Source: an uncultured bacterium
Lineage (GTDB): Bacteria > Aquificota > Aquificia > Desulfurobacteriales > Desulfurobacteriaceae
DNA: 37,962 nt
NCBI GenBank assembly: GCA_964511045.1
Contig: CAZEDJ010000002.1
Span: forward strand, 1 to 37,962
Direction: 5' to 3'
The notes under the pieces are model-generated. The model saw only the letters and a list, made by a program, of their open reading frames with translations. It was not told the DNA's origin and ran no database searches. Position numbers and translations under genes: made by a program. This document shows positions 18,464 to 27,333 of the stretch, piece after piece (the stretch's first letter is position 1; the number at the start of each line of letters is the position of its first letter).

Positions 18464-20643
18464 TACGCCTCCTCTAAGGAACAGTTAATACCGGAAAGGT
18501 GCGGAAATTCCGGAATGAGACCTGAAACATCCCTCGTTAACCTCTCCACTCTCAAAAGTACGTGGCCTTTGGGTATTTTACTGTCTTGCTTTACCGGTAT
18601 GACGATTTCTCCGGATTGGGTCTTGAGGAGGGCCATTTCCTCTGAGGGGAAGTCTTCTGGATTGACTATGAGCTCCCTCTTTCCCGAAACCTTTGAAAGG
18701 TTTTGTGAGTAGTAACTGACCGAGTTCCAGCCGGTTCTGTTTATGAGAACAGTTAAGAGAAGCCCTTCCCTTTTAATTTTGGAAGTTCCCGGTTCTTCCG
18801 ACCTTTTAACCTCTCTCCTTTCAAAACTTTCCGTCTTCACCGGTAGATGGGAAAGGAATTTGAGTAAGGAATTTTCGGTTTTTAATGCTGTTTTGAGTTT
18901 CTTCTCTCCGTCAATTCCCGTGATTGTCCCTTCCTTCTCAAGCCAAGTCTCTATTGGGATTACGAGGTCGGCGTAGGGAAGGTCGTGGGTGTAGAAAGGC
19001 GTAAAGACAACTGTAAACTTCCCTCCCTTAAGTTTGAATCCCGGAAAGTCCCTCTCCAATTCTGCGTTGACTATGACGTTAACCTCTCCGTTTAACTCCT
19101 GTGGGTGTTTTAGGCTAAAGAGGTTTGAGACTCCCACCGAGTTTGCTTTCGGCGGAATTGGAATTATCGGGCTTCCCGCAAACCTTTCGGAGAGAAAGGC
19201 AACCGTTTTCCCGATTTCCCTCGTATCGGGGGAAAAGAGAGCAGTCCCTCCTACTACGATAGCTGTTCTCTTTCCCCTAAGTGCCTTTATTACGGAATCA
19301 ATTTCGTCTGTTCCCGATGAATACTTTGGATTTAGCGTTCCAACTATGAGGTGCTTTAGAGTGTCAATGAGGCTTTCCTGAGGGACCAGAACCTTTGAAA
19401 AGGAAACAGCGTCAAGTTTTGACGGGAACGTTCCGACTCTTATGAGTCTCTTTCCTCTCTGAATAACTGCAAGCCTTAAAAGGGTTGATATGACAGGGTT
19501 TAACTCCTCTAAAAAGTCCCCTATTAGGAGAATTGCATCGCTTTCATATATTGACGAGAAATTCCCTATCTCTCTCTTTCCCGCTACCTCGGAAATTCCC
19601 TCCAAAAATTGGAAGTATCCGTATGCATCTGAGGTTACGTTCTCCCTTCCAAAGGTATCTGCTATTTTCTTTAATTCCTCGTTTGTCAGGGAGCTCTCAA
19701 CAAAGAGGTTTACCTTCCTCCCTATTACCCTTTCCTTCAGGATTTCAACTGCCCTTTCGGGGGAAATTTTTCGGAGCTCCCCCTCCTCCCTCAAAAGGGG
19801 AGTTTTGAGCCTCTTATCGGAGTAGATGAAGTCCCATCCCCACTTTCCCCTTACGCAGAGGTATCCCCTGTTTGTCCCGTCGTTTGTCCCGATTCTCCCT
19901 ACTGCCCTCTTTACCTTTTCGTGGTAGGTGTCAATCTCTACCTTACAACCACTTCCGCAGAAGGAACAGGTAGTCCAGGTCTTCTCCATCCTCCAAGGGC
20001 GGTCCTTGTACTTAAATGCCCTGTCAAGGAGGGAGCCGACGGGACAAACATCAATACAGCTACCGCAGTGTTCACATCCACTTTCAATAAAGTCTCCCTT
20101 AAAAGGAGATATGTAGGCCCTGTATCCCCTCTCTAAAATTCCTAAGACTCTATTTCCCATGTTTTCACCGCACATTCTTATGCAGCGGCGGCAGAGGATA
20201 CACCTGTCGTTGTCTATTTCTATGAGTGGTCCCTGTATTACTATGTCCTTTTCCCTTCTCGGTTCCCTGTACCTTGACTTTTTGGGACCGAACCGGAATC
20301 CGACCATCTGGAGTTCACACTCTCCCGACTTGTCACATATGGGACACTCCAACGTGTGGTTGTTGAGGATGAGCTCAATAACTCCAGCCCTTGCTTTTCT
20401 TACTCTCTCTGTGTTTGTTTTAACTACCATATCGGGCATTGCCCTTAAGGTACATGCCGTTGCGAGCCTCGGAGCTCCCTCAACTTCAACGAGGCATACT
20501 CTACAAGCTCCCTCCGGGCGGAGCTCTTTGTGGTAGCAGAAGACGGGAATTACTATTCCGTTCCTCTCGGCAACCTCAAGGACGGTCTCTCCCGGGTATG
20601 CCTCACACTCCTTTCCGTCTATAACAATCTTGAAGCTCTCCAT
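18463..20643 (-). CDS. nuoG: NADH-quinone oxidoreductase subunit G (formate-dehydrogenase-like Fe-S N-terminus, degenerate molybdopterin-fold C-terminus)
   Basis: CYH..GACRVC (2Fe-2S), HTLECPICDKSGECELQ, CILCRRCIRMC, CEHCGSCIDVCP, CSFCGSGC...LCVRGK. Directly follows nuoF. Confidence 0.92.
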   Translation of the reverse strand: MESFKIVIDGKECEAYPGETVLEVAERNGIVIPVFCYHKELRPEGACRVCLVEVEGAPRLATACTLRAMPDMVVKTNTERVRKARAGVIELILNNHTLECPICDKSGECELQMVGFRFGPKKSRYREPRREKDIVIQGPLIEIDNDRCILCRRCIRMCGENMGNRVLGILERGYRAYISPFKGDFIESGCEHCGSCIDVCPVGSLLDRAFKYKDRPWRMEKTWTTCSFCGSGCKVEIDTYHEKVKRAVGRIGTNDGTNRGYLCVRGKWGWDFIYSDKRLKTPLLREEGELRKISPERAVEILKERVIGRKVNLFVESSLTNEELKKIADTFGRENVTSDAYGYFQFLEGISEVAGKREIGNFSSIYESDAILLIGDFLEELNPVISTLLRLAVIQRGKRLIRVGTFPSKLDAVSFSKVLVPQESLIDTLKHLIVGTLNPKYSSGTDEIDSVIKALRGKRTAIVVGGTALFSPDTREIGKTVAFLSERFAGSPIIPIPPKANSVGVSNLFSLKHPQELNGEVNVIVNAELERDFPGFKLKGGKFTVVFTPFYTHDLPYADLVIPIETWLEKEGTITGIDGEKKLKTALKTENSLLKFLSHLPVKTESFERREVKRSEEPGTSKIKREGLLLTVLINRTGWNSVSYYSQNLSKVSGKRELIVNPEDFPSEEMALLKTQSGEIVIPVKQDSKIPKGHVLLRVERLTRDVSGLIPEFPHLSGINCSLEEA

Positions 20644-21909
20644 TTAACTGCTCCTGAATGGGCATCTTCCCAACTTAATGTGGGTGAGAAATTCCTCCCT
20701 GAACTTCCTAACTGCCGATGCAACGGGATTGTGAGCGGCCATTCCGAGGCCGCAGAAGGAATTTTCCATTACTGAAGAGATTGAGAGTATCGTATCCAAA
20801 TCCTCCTCAGAACCCTCTCCTTCCTCTATTCTGTTTACAATCCTCACGAGCCAATCGGTTCCCTCCCTGCAAGGGGTACACTTTCCGCAGGATTCGTGTC
20901 TGAAAAACTTTATCAGCCTGAGGGCTGCCTTTACAATGCAGTCCCTTTCGTCAAGTACCATTACGGCTCCAGAACCGAGCATTGTTCCGGCCTTGGCAAG
21001 GGAAGGAAAGTCCATCGGGACGTCTATCTCCTCGCTCGTAAGGAGTGAGCTTGAGGCTCCTCCCGGAAATACTGCCTTTAACTTTCTGTCTCCAACTATT
21101 CCACCTGCGTGTTCATAGATGATTTCAGAAAGCTTTGTCCCCATGGGAAGCTCGTAAACCCCCGGCCTCTTAACCTTTCCGCTTACCGGGAAAAGTTTAG
21201 GGCCTGGGCAGTCGGGAGAACCTATTGACGAGTACCAACTCCCTCCCCTCTCAATTATGAGGGGAATGTTTGCGAGGGTTTCAACGTTGTTAACGACAGT
21301 TGGCTTCCAGAGGTATCCGGCATTTACCGGGAAGGGGGGCTTTATTCTCGGTTCTCCCCTCTTTCCCTCAAGGGAGTTTATCAGTGCCGTTTCCTCTCCG
21401 CATATGTAGGCTCCCGCTCCGCTGTGAACGATAATGTCAAATGAGAATTCGGTTCCCAGTATGTTCTCTCCTAAAAATCCCCTCTCGTAGGCTTCACCTA
21501 TCGCCCTTTCTAAGATTTTCTTACCGATTGGATACTCTCCCCTGAGGTATATGTATCCGTATCGGCATCCCGTTGCGTATGCTCCTATTATCATGCCCTC
21601 TAAAAGGGCGTGGGGGTCCTTCTCTATGATTATCCTATCCTTAAATGTGCAGGGTTCTCCCTCATCGGCATTGCATACGAAGAACTTGGGTTCCTTTATG
21701 TCTGCCGCTGCAAATTCCCACTTCATTCCCGTCGGAAAGCCTGCTCCTCCCCTTCCCCTGAGACCGCTGGTCTTAACCTCCTCTACAACGTCATCTGGGG
21801 ACATCTCCCTCAGTGCCTTTTTAAGTGCAGAGTATCCTCCTCCCTTTATGTAGACGTCTATTGTGTGTGAATTTTCCTTGTCTATGTTTCTAAGGAGAAG
21901 TTTCTCCAT
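20644..21909 (-). CDS. nuoF: NADH-quinone oxidoreductase subunit F
   Basis: GLRGRGGAGFPTGMKW, CNADEGEP, GAYICGEETAL, ESCGKCTPCREG...SFC. Confidence 0.97.
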   Translation of the reverse strand: MEKLLLRNIDKENSHTIDVYIKGGGYSALKKALREMSPDDVVEEVKTSGLRGRGGAGFPTGMKWEFAAADIKEPKFFVCNADEGEPCTFKDRIIIEKDPHALLEGMIIGAYATGCRYGYIYLRGEYPIGKKILERAIGEAYERGFLGENILGTEFSFDIIVHSGAGAYICGEETALINSLEGKRGEPRIKPPFPVNAGYLWKPTVVNNVETLANIPLIIERGGSWYSSIGSPDCPGPKLFPVSGKVKRPGVYELPMGTKLSEIIYEHAGGIVGDRKLKAVFPGGASSSLLTSEEIDVPMDFPSLAKAGTMLGSGAVMVLDERDCIVKAALRLIKFFRHESCGKCTPCREGTDWLVRIVNRIEEGEGSEEDLDTILSISSVMENSFCGLGMAAHNPVASAVRKFREEFLTHIKLGRCPFRSS

Positions 21910-22390
21910 TTTCTCCCTTCCAGCCGTAGTTTTTTAGGATTTCACTAAGGTCCTCAGGTTTTACGTTGAGGTACCTGTCCTCGTTGACCGTCAGTGCCGG
22001 AGCTCCGTCACAGAGTCCCATACACTCGTACTCCTCAACGGTAAAGAGGCCGTCGGGAGTCGTTTCTCCCGGCTTAACATTCAGTATTTTGCAGAGCTCC
22101 TTCAAAATCTCCTCACCTCCCCTCAGCATACAGGAGAGGTTCGTACACACTCTTATTACAAACTTCCCCTTTTTCTCTGTGTGGAACATTGCATAAAACG
22201 TTGCTGCCTCCTCAACCTCAACGAGGGGAACTCCCAACTCCTCGGCTATTGTTCTCATTATCTCCGTATTAATCCTGGAAAAGTTCTTCTCTGCTATCCA
22301 GAGGGACGGAAGTATGTAGGATTTGTTTGAGGGATAGAGTTTTTTCTCCTTTAAGCTCCTTATCTCTTCCCTGAACTCCTCAATTGTCAT
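21890..22390 (-). CDS. nuoE: NADH-quinone oxidoreductase subunit E
   Basis: ATFYAMF and 2Fe-2S ligands RVCTNLSC and ECMGLC. Confidence 0.96.
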   Translation of the reverse strand: MTIEEFREEIRSLKEKKLYPSNKSYILPSLWIAEKNFSRINTEIMRTIAEELGVPLVEVEEAATFYAMFHTEKKGKFVIRVCTNLSCMLRGGEEILKELCKILNVKPGETTPDGLFTVEEYECMGLCDGAPALTVNEDRYLNVKPEDLSEILKNYGWKGENGETSP

Positions 22391-23568
22391 CTATCAACCT
22401 CTCCCATTAGGGGGTCAAGACTTCCGATTATTGATATGACATCGGCAATGTAGTGGTTCTTTAGGAGCTCCGGTAGTATTGCAATGTTTATGAGTGAAGG
22501 GGGTCTGATTCTCAGCCTGTAAGGTTTGTTTGAGCCGTCACTCACTATGTAGTATCCCAACTCTCCCCTCGGTCCTTCAACTGCCGCATAGACTTCCCCC
22601 TTTGGCGGGGTGATTCCGTGGATTACGAGCTCAAAGTGCTGGATGAGACCTACCATCGTATTGTAGACCTCTTCCTTTGGGGGGAGGATGATGGTTGTGT
22701 CTTCAATCTGGACGGGGCCCTCCGGGAGCATTTTGAGGCACTGCTCTATGATTTTGACCGACTCCCTCATTTCGTCCATTCTCACCCTGTAACGGGCATA
22801 GACGTCCCCTTCCTCATAGACGGGAACTTTAAAGTCAACCTTGTCGTAAACACAGTAGGGGTAGTACTTCCTTACGTCGTAGTCGCATCCTGCGGCCCTT
22901 AGAGTGGGACCTGTAATCCCCCAGTTTATTGCCGTTTCCCTGTCAATTACTCCGACTCCCTTTGTCCTTGAGAGCCAAATTCTGTTTTCGGTGAGAAGGT
23001 CCTCGTACTCATCCAGTTTCTTTGGGAAGAGCTCAAGAAACTCCTCAAGCTCCTCAATGAAGCGGGGAGTTGTGTCGGCCGCAACGCCTCCGATACGCAT
23101 GTATCCGGTGTGAAGCCTCCCTCCGGCTATCTCCTCAAAGAGGTCTAATATTTTCTCCCTCTCTCTAAATGCATAGAGGAAGACGCTCATTGCACCGAGC
23201 TCAAGGGCGTGTGTTCCCAACCATATGAGGTGGGATGAGATACGGGTAAGCTCTGCCATTATCACTCTTAAAAACTGTGCCCTTTCGGGAATCTGCTCCT
23301 CTATTCCGAGGAGCTTTTCAACGGCAAGGACGAATCCCAACTCGTTCGTGTTTGCAGATACGTAGTCAACTCTGTCAAAAACGGGGAGTATCTGCATGTA
23401 CTTTCTGTTCTCTGCTAACTTTTCAACGCCCCTGTGAACGTATCCTATTATTGCGTCCGAATTGATGACCTTCTCCCCCTTTAACTCCAAAACCAACCTG
23501 AGAACGCCGTGGGTTGACGGGTGCTGAGGTCCCATATTTAAAATCAGGTCTGCCTTCTCTCTCTCCAT
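22387..23568 (-). CDS. nuoD: NADH-quinone oxidoreductase subunit D
   Basis: NMGPQHPSTHGVLRL, GYVHRGVEK, EGPRGELG, ends GEVDR. No NiFe CxxC motifs. Confidence 0.97.
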   Translation of the reverse strand: MEREKADLILNMGPQHPSTHGVLRLVLELKGEKVINSDAIIGYVHRGVEKLAENRKYMQILPVFDRVDYVSANTNELGFVLAVEKLLGIEEQIPERAQFLRVIMAELTRISSHLIWLGTHALELGAMSVFLYAFREREKILDLFEEIAGGRLHTGYMRIGGVAADTTPRFIEELEEFLELFPKKLDEYEDLLTENRIWLSRTKGVGVIDRETAINWGITGPTLRAAGCDYDVRKYYPYCVYDKVDFKVPVYEEGDVYARYRVRMDEMRESVKIIEQCLKMLPEGPVQIEDTTIILPPKEEVYNTMVGLIQHFELVIHGITPPKGEVYAAVEGPRGELGYYIVSDGSNKPYRLRIRPPSLINIAILPELLKNHYIADVISIIGSLDPLMGEVDR

Positions 23569-23571
23569 CTG

Positions 23572-24057
23572 CTACTCCCAGTCCCAGACTTCACAGGGTT
23601 CCTCATATCCTTCAAGGGGGAAGTCCTTTCTCAGAGGAAAGTAGGGGTAATTCTTAGGAAGGAGGAGTTTCCTCATCTCCCTTCCCGAAAACCTTACTCC
23701 AAACATTTCGTAAACTTCCCTTTCAGTCCAATCTGCAGTCTTCCAGATGTCAACAACTGTTGGAACCTCATCGTTCTCTGCCCAGCACTTGACCCTGAGG
23801 TTGTGCTTTAGGGAGATGGAGCGGAGGTGGTAAACAACCTGGATTCGGGGATTTCTTTCGGGGTAGTCAACGGCTGTAAGGTCAACCAACATATCCATCT
23901 TGAACCTTTCGTCATACCTTAAAAAGGCCATTACTCTTTTGAGAGCTCCCTTTGAAACCGTTATGCTTACCTCTCCCCTAAAGCTCTCTATCTCCTCAAT
24001 ATCATCTTTGAACTTCTCCTTGAGAGCTTTGAGGAGCTCCTCCTCAACGTACTTCAT
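23572..24057 (-). CDS. nuoC: NADH-quinone oxidoreductase subunit C
   Basis: DLTAVDYP, ADWTEREVYEMFG, PLRKDFPL. ATG 24057 is preferred over GTG 24066 because GGTGG would serve as the RBS. Confidence 0.95.
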   Translation of the reverse strand: MKYVEEELLKALKEKFKDDIEEIESFRGEVSITVSKGALKRVMAFLRYDERFKMDMLVDLTAVDYPERNPRIQVVYHLRSISLKHNLRVKCWAENDEVPTVVDIWKTADWTEREVYEMFGVRFSGREMRKLLLPKNYPYFPLRKDFPLEGYEEPCEVWDWE

Positions 24058-24526
24058 CTTCACCACCCACTATTATGGGTCTATCCCTTTTTATCTTTTC
24101 CTGAAGGAGAATTAGGGCTTCATAAAAGGCTTCGGGCTTTGGAGCACAGCCCGGGACGTAAACGTCAACGGGGATGATACAGTCAAGTCCCCTGAGGGTT
24201 GAATAGGTCTGAAAGATGTTTCCGCTGATTGCACAGCTTCCTATGGCTATTGACCACTTTGGGTCAGGCATCTGGTCCCAGAGTCTCTTTATTATTGGAG
24301 CCATTTTCCTGCTGATTGTTCCGCACATTATGAGGAGGTCACACTGTCTCGGTGTATTTCTGAATATGACGCCGAACCTGTCAAAGTCGTACCTTGATGC
24401 CGCTGCTGCCATCATCTCTATTCCGCAGCAGGCCGTGGCAAAGGCAAGGGGCCACAGGGCTCCCTTTCTTCCCCAGTTTATGAGGTCTTGGAGCTTTGTT
24501 AGGAGAAACCCGTTTCTCAGTCCCAT
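24044..24526 (-). CDS. nuoB: NADH-quinone oxidoreductase subunit B
   Basis: TACCGIEMM tandem Cys, QMPDPKW, GSCA, PVDVYVPGCAPKPE. Confidence 0.97.
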   Translation of the reverse strand: MGLRNGFLLTKLQDLINWGRKGALWPLAFATACCGIEMMAAAASRYDFDRFGVIFRNTPRQCDLLIMCGTISRKMAPIIKRLWDQMPDPKWSIAIGSCAISGNIFQTYSTLRGLDCIIPVDVYVPGCAPKPEAFYEALILLQEKIKRDRPIIVGGEDEVR

Positions 24527-24882
24527 TTGAGAGCTCCCTTCACTATTGCGTAGAGAAATCCAACGAGTAAAATGGCTACAAAGAGGAACGCCTCAACAAT
24601 TCCCAAAACTCCAAGTTCCCTGAATGATACTGCCCACGGAAAGAGGAAAACGGTTTCAAGGTCAAAAAGGAGAAAGATTAAGGCTATTACGTAGAAGGGA
24701 GCAAAGTAGCGGCCTTTAAGTGGAGTTATCCTCGGTATTCCACACTCGTAGGGTTCGTACTTTTCCTCAACGCTCCTGTCTATTCTCAAGAATTTATTTG
24801 TGAAAAGGTTTACGTTTGGAACGGTGAGGGCTATGAGGAGAGCTACTCCAAAAAAGACTAAAAGGACCACATATGAGCTCAA
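24517..24882 (-). CDS. nuoA: NADH-quinone oxidoreductase subunit A
   Basis: KYEPYECG, FLLFDLETVFLFPWA, KGALKWD. TTG start with AAGGAG RBS. Confidence 0.96.
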   Translation of the reverse strand: MSSYVVLLVFFGVALLIALTVPNVNLFTNKFLRIDRSVEEKYEPYECGIPRITPLKGRYFAPFYVIALIFLLFDLETVFLFPWAVSFRELGVLGIVEAFLFVAILLVGFLYAIVKGALKWD

Positions 24883-24924
24883 CTTAACTCTCCTTTGTCT
24901 TTGTCGGTGAGATTTTACAAAATT

Positions 24925-25506
24925 TTAACACTTTAGGAGTTCGGGGTCTTCAACCTCTGCGTACTTACACCTTCCCATTCTGTAGAGGTCGTTTCCGTAT
25001 ATGTCGTTGACCACGAATGCCGGGAAGTCAACTACTACCAACCTCCTTACAGCTTCGGGGCCTAAGTCCTCGTAAGCTATTACCTCTGCAGACTTTACAC
25101 ACCTTGAAAGATACGCGGCTGCCCCTCCCACGGCACCGAAGTAAACTCCCTTAAACTTCTTAATTGCCTCAATTACCTCCTTACTCCTTGAACCCTTTCC
25201 AATCATTCCCTTTAGTCCAGCTTCTAAGAGCCTCGGAGCATAGGGGTCCATCCTGTAACTCGTCGTGGGACCTACAGAACCTATGGGCTTTCCGGGCTTT
25301 GCAGGGGCGGGACCTGCATAGTAGATTACCTGTCCCTTCAGGTCAAAGGGGAGCTCCTCTCCCCTGTCCAGGGCCTCAACTATTCTCTTGTGAGCCGCAT
25401 CCCTTGCGGTGTAGATGACTCCCGAGATTAGGACAAAGTCTCCTGCCTTCAGTTTCTCTATTACCGAATCGTCGGTTATTGGGGCTGTAATCTTAATTGC
25501 AGACAT
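24925..25506 (-). CDS. Class I fumarate hydratase / tartrate dehydratase beta subunit (Fe-S hydro-lyase C-terminal domain)
   Basis: TARDAAHKR, GPTTSYRMD, IGKG, DLGPEAV. Start moved to ATG 25506 (GGGAGG RBS). Confidence 0.95.
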   Translation of the reverse strand: MSAIKITAPITDDSVIEKLKAGDFVLISGVIYTARDAAHKRIVEALDRGEELPFDLKGQVIYYAGPAPAKPGKPIGSVGPTTSYRMDPYAPRLLEAGLKGMIGKGSRSKEVIEAIKKFKGVYFGAVGGAAAYLSRCVKSAEVIAYEDLGPEAVRRLVVVDFPAFVVNDIYGNDLYRMGRCKYAEVEDPELLKC

Positions 25507-25535
25507 GCAAAACCTCCCTTCCTTTTTCTCGGTCA

Positions 25536-25544
25536 AGTATAGCA
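25536..25544 (-). promoter_or_regulatory. Putative extended -10 promoter for the fumarase beta gene (possibly reading on into nuo)
   Basis: TGcTATACT on the minus strand, about 30 nt upstream of ATG 25506, in a divergent intergenic gap. Confidence 0.5.
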
Positions 25545-25583
25545 AAGTGTCTAAATTTCCTTCAGCAGTTTTGGAGGTTATCA

Positions 25584-26363
25584 ATGGTTAGGAAGTGGAT
25601 TGTTTCCGTTGTAGGTTTGGTCGGATTCTTCTTGGGAGTTCTTGCAAATTCGGTTTTCCATTTGGATAGGAGTGCAGAAGGCTACCCTTACGTTGAGGAA
25701 TTTCCCGTTAATCTGGATGAGGAGAAGGTCCCGAGTCACGTAAGCCTTAGGGGACTTTCTCCTGTGGAGAGAAAGAGGAAGTTTACAGAGCTCCTCGTTC
25801 CCCTCATAAGGATTGCCAACGGGGAGGTTTTGAAGGAGAGGGAGTTTATCCTGAAGGTGAAGGGGAAGAAAAGACTCTCTGAAGCCGAGGAAAAGAGGCT
25901 GAAGTTCCTACTCAAAAAATACAGGGCAAGGTCTATAGGAGAGTTGCTCGTTAAGGTTAATGCCGTGCCGGTTAGCCTTGTCCTTGCCCAGGGAGCAGTT
26001 GAGAGCGGTTGGGGGACTTCAAGGTTCTTTACGGAGGCCAACAACATCTTCGGTATTTACTCTTTTAAGGGCGGGAAGTGTTTAAAAGCGAGGGAATCAA
26101 AGGCTTGCCTGAAGGTTTATGATAACTTATTAGATTCCGTTAGGGACTACATATACAACCTCAACGTCGGTTGGGCTTACAGGAAGTTTAGGGAGCTCCG
26201 AAGCAAGGGAGCAGACGTTTACACTCTTGCAGATTCCCTGAACCTCTACTCAACAAAGAGGGAAGAGTATGGAGAGATTGTTAAAAAGGTTATTGCTTTT
26301 AATAACCTCCAGCGTTTTGATAGCGTTGAGTTTGCTTCAAACGACGCCGGCTTCAGAAGGTAA
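25584..26363 (+). CDS. Bax-like glucosaminidase (GH73) with an N-terminal membrane anchor
   Basis: LAQGAVESGWGTSRFFTEANNIFG, SVRDYIYNLN, YSTKREEY. Start at ATG 25584 after GGAGG. Confidence 0.88.
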   Translation: MVRKWIVSVVGLVGFFLGVLANSVFHLDRSAEGYPYVEEFPVNLDEEKVPSHVSLRGLSPVERKRKFTELLVPLIRIANGEVLKEREFILKVKGKKRLSEAEEKRLKFLLKKYRARSIGELLVKVNAVPVSLVLAQGAVESGWGTSRFFTEANNIFGIYSFKGGKCLKARESKACLKVYDNLLDSVRDYIYNLNVGWAYRKFRELRSKGADVYTLADSLNLYSTKREEYGEIVKKVIAFNNLQRFDSVEFASNDAGFRR

Positions 26364-27333
26364 GGGATACGCCACGGTTTTTATCTTTCACCGGTTCGGT
26401 GACAAGAGGTACCCTTCAACCTCCGTTGACCTAAAAGAGTTTAGAAGGGAAATGGAGTACCTGAAAAGGCACGGTTACAGGGTTGTTAGTTTAAAAGAGC
26501 TCTACGGCTGGATAAGTGAAAAGAAGCCCATTCCCCCGAAAACCGTAGTTATAACGATTGATGACGGCTACAGGACAACCATGAGGGCCTTTAAAATCCT
26601 AAAGGAGTTTCACTTTCCCTTTACGGTCTTCCTCTACATGGAGGCCGTCGGTAGGTATCCCGATTTCCTGACGATTGGCGATTTAAGGGAAATGGAGAGC
26701 TCCGGGCTCGTTGACTTTGAAAATCACCTGTACAGCCACCCCAACTTGGGTAGGTTGAGGATAGAGTTGTCTTCTGAGGAATACTTAAAAGTTTTGAAGA
26801 GGGAGAGGGAGCTCTCTGAAAAGAGGTTCTTTGAGATTTTTAAGAGGAAACCTCGCTTTCTGGCCTTTCCCTACGGAGATTACGACAGGTTGAGCGTTGA
26901 GTTCTTTAAGAAAGCAGGCTATCTGCTTTTACTGACTCAGGATAGGGGAGCCTATGACGGGAGGGAGATTCTGGTTCCGAGGATGGCCGTTGTCGGAAGC
27001 CAGTCCTCCTTCAAAAGTTTCGTAAGGGATTTGAGTATAGAGCCCCTTCCCGTTTATAAGCACTATCCCGACTACGGTCTCTTTATGGGTAAATCCTTTA
27101 AGCCCATCTTTTTCGTAAAAGACTTGGAAAAGTACGAAAACTGTTGGATTTACGGAACGGAAAACGGCTGGTTTAAGGGGATTAAAAAGGAAGGTAAGGT
27201 CATTTCTAAAAAAGAGATTTTCTTGAAAAGGGATAAAACGAGAGTCGGAATTAAGTGCTTTAACAGGGAAACCAAAAGGTGGGCTGAATTCTTCTTTTTG
27301 GTTTTAAGGGGGCAGAGCCCCCAGAGTCACTAA
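26269..27333 (+). CDS. Secreted polysaccharide deacetylase (CE4/NodB domain)
   Basis: Signal peptide, IFHRFG, ITIDDGY, ENHLYSHP, AFPYG. Overlaps the upstream gene by 95 nt. Confidence 0.92.
   Translation: MERLLKRLLLLITSSVLIALSLLQTTPASEGKGYATVFIFHRFGDKRYPSTSVDLKEFRREMEYLKRHGYRVVSLKELYGWISEKKPIPPKTVVITIDDGYRTTMRAFKILKEFHFPFTVFLYMEAVGRYPDFLTIGDLREMESSGLVDFENHLYSHPNLGRLRIELSSEEYLKVLKRERELSEKRFFEIFKRKPRFLAFPYGDYDRLSVEFFKKAGYLLLLTQDRGAYDGREILVPRMAVVGSQSSFKSFVRDLSIEPLPVYKHYPDYGLFMGKSFKPIFFVKDLEKYENCWIYGTENGWFKGIKKEGKVISKKEIFLKRDKTRVGIKCFNRETKRWAEFFFLVLRGQSPQSH
27308..27322. terminator. GC hairpin at a convergent junction, possible terminator of the peroxiredoxin gene
   Basis: GGGGGC-AGA-GCCCCC, 7 nt beyond the peroxiredoxin stop. 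No real U-tract. Confidence 0.4.

Noticed and set aside
18463-20643. NuoG as a formate dehydrogenase or Sec-containing molybdoenzyme (prompted by nearby selA)
   Set aside because: There is no in-frame UGA, no recognisable Mo-ligand (C/U)H segment, and the C-terminus is degenerate. It sits in the canonical nuoG position.
22387-24526. Group 4 NiFe hydrogenase instead of complex I
   Set aside because: NuoD lacks both CxxC Ni-binding motifs and has the quinone-site HPSTHGVLR. NuoB has tandem CC.
24902-24924. Possible Rex operator upstream of nuoA (TTGTAAAATCTCAC)
   Set aside because: The half-site spacing does not fit TTGTGAA-N4-TTCACAA. Only a short AT-rich palindrome is present.
25497-25584. 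Long N-terminal extensions of the fumarase beta and Bax ORFs in the ORF track
   Set aside because: They would overlap head-to-head. The internal ATGs at 25506 and 25584 have strong RBSs and leave a normal divergent promoter gap.
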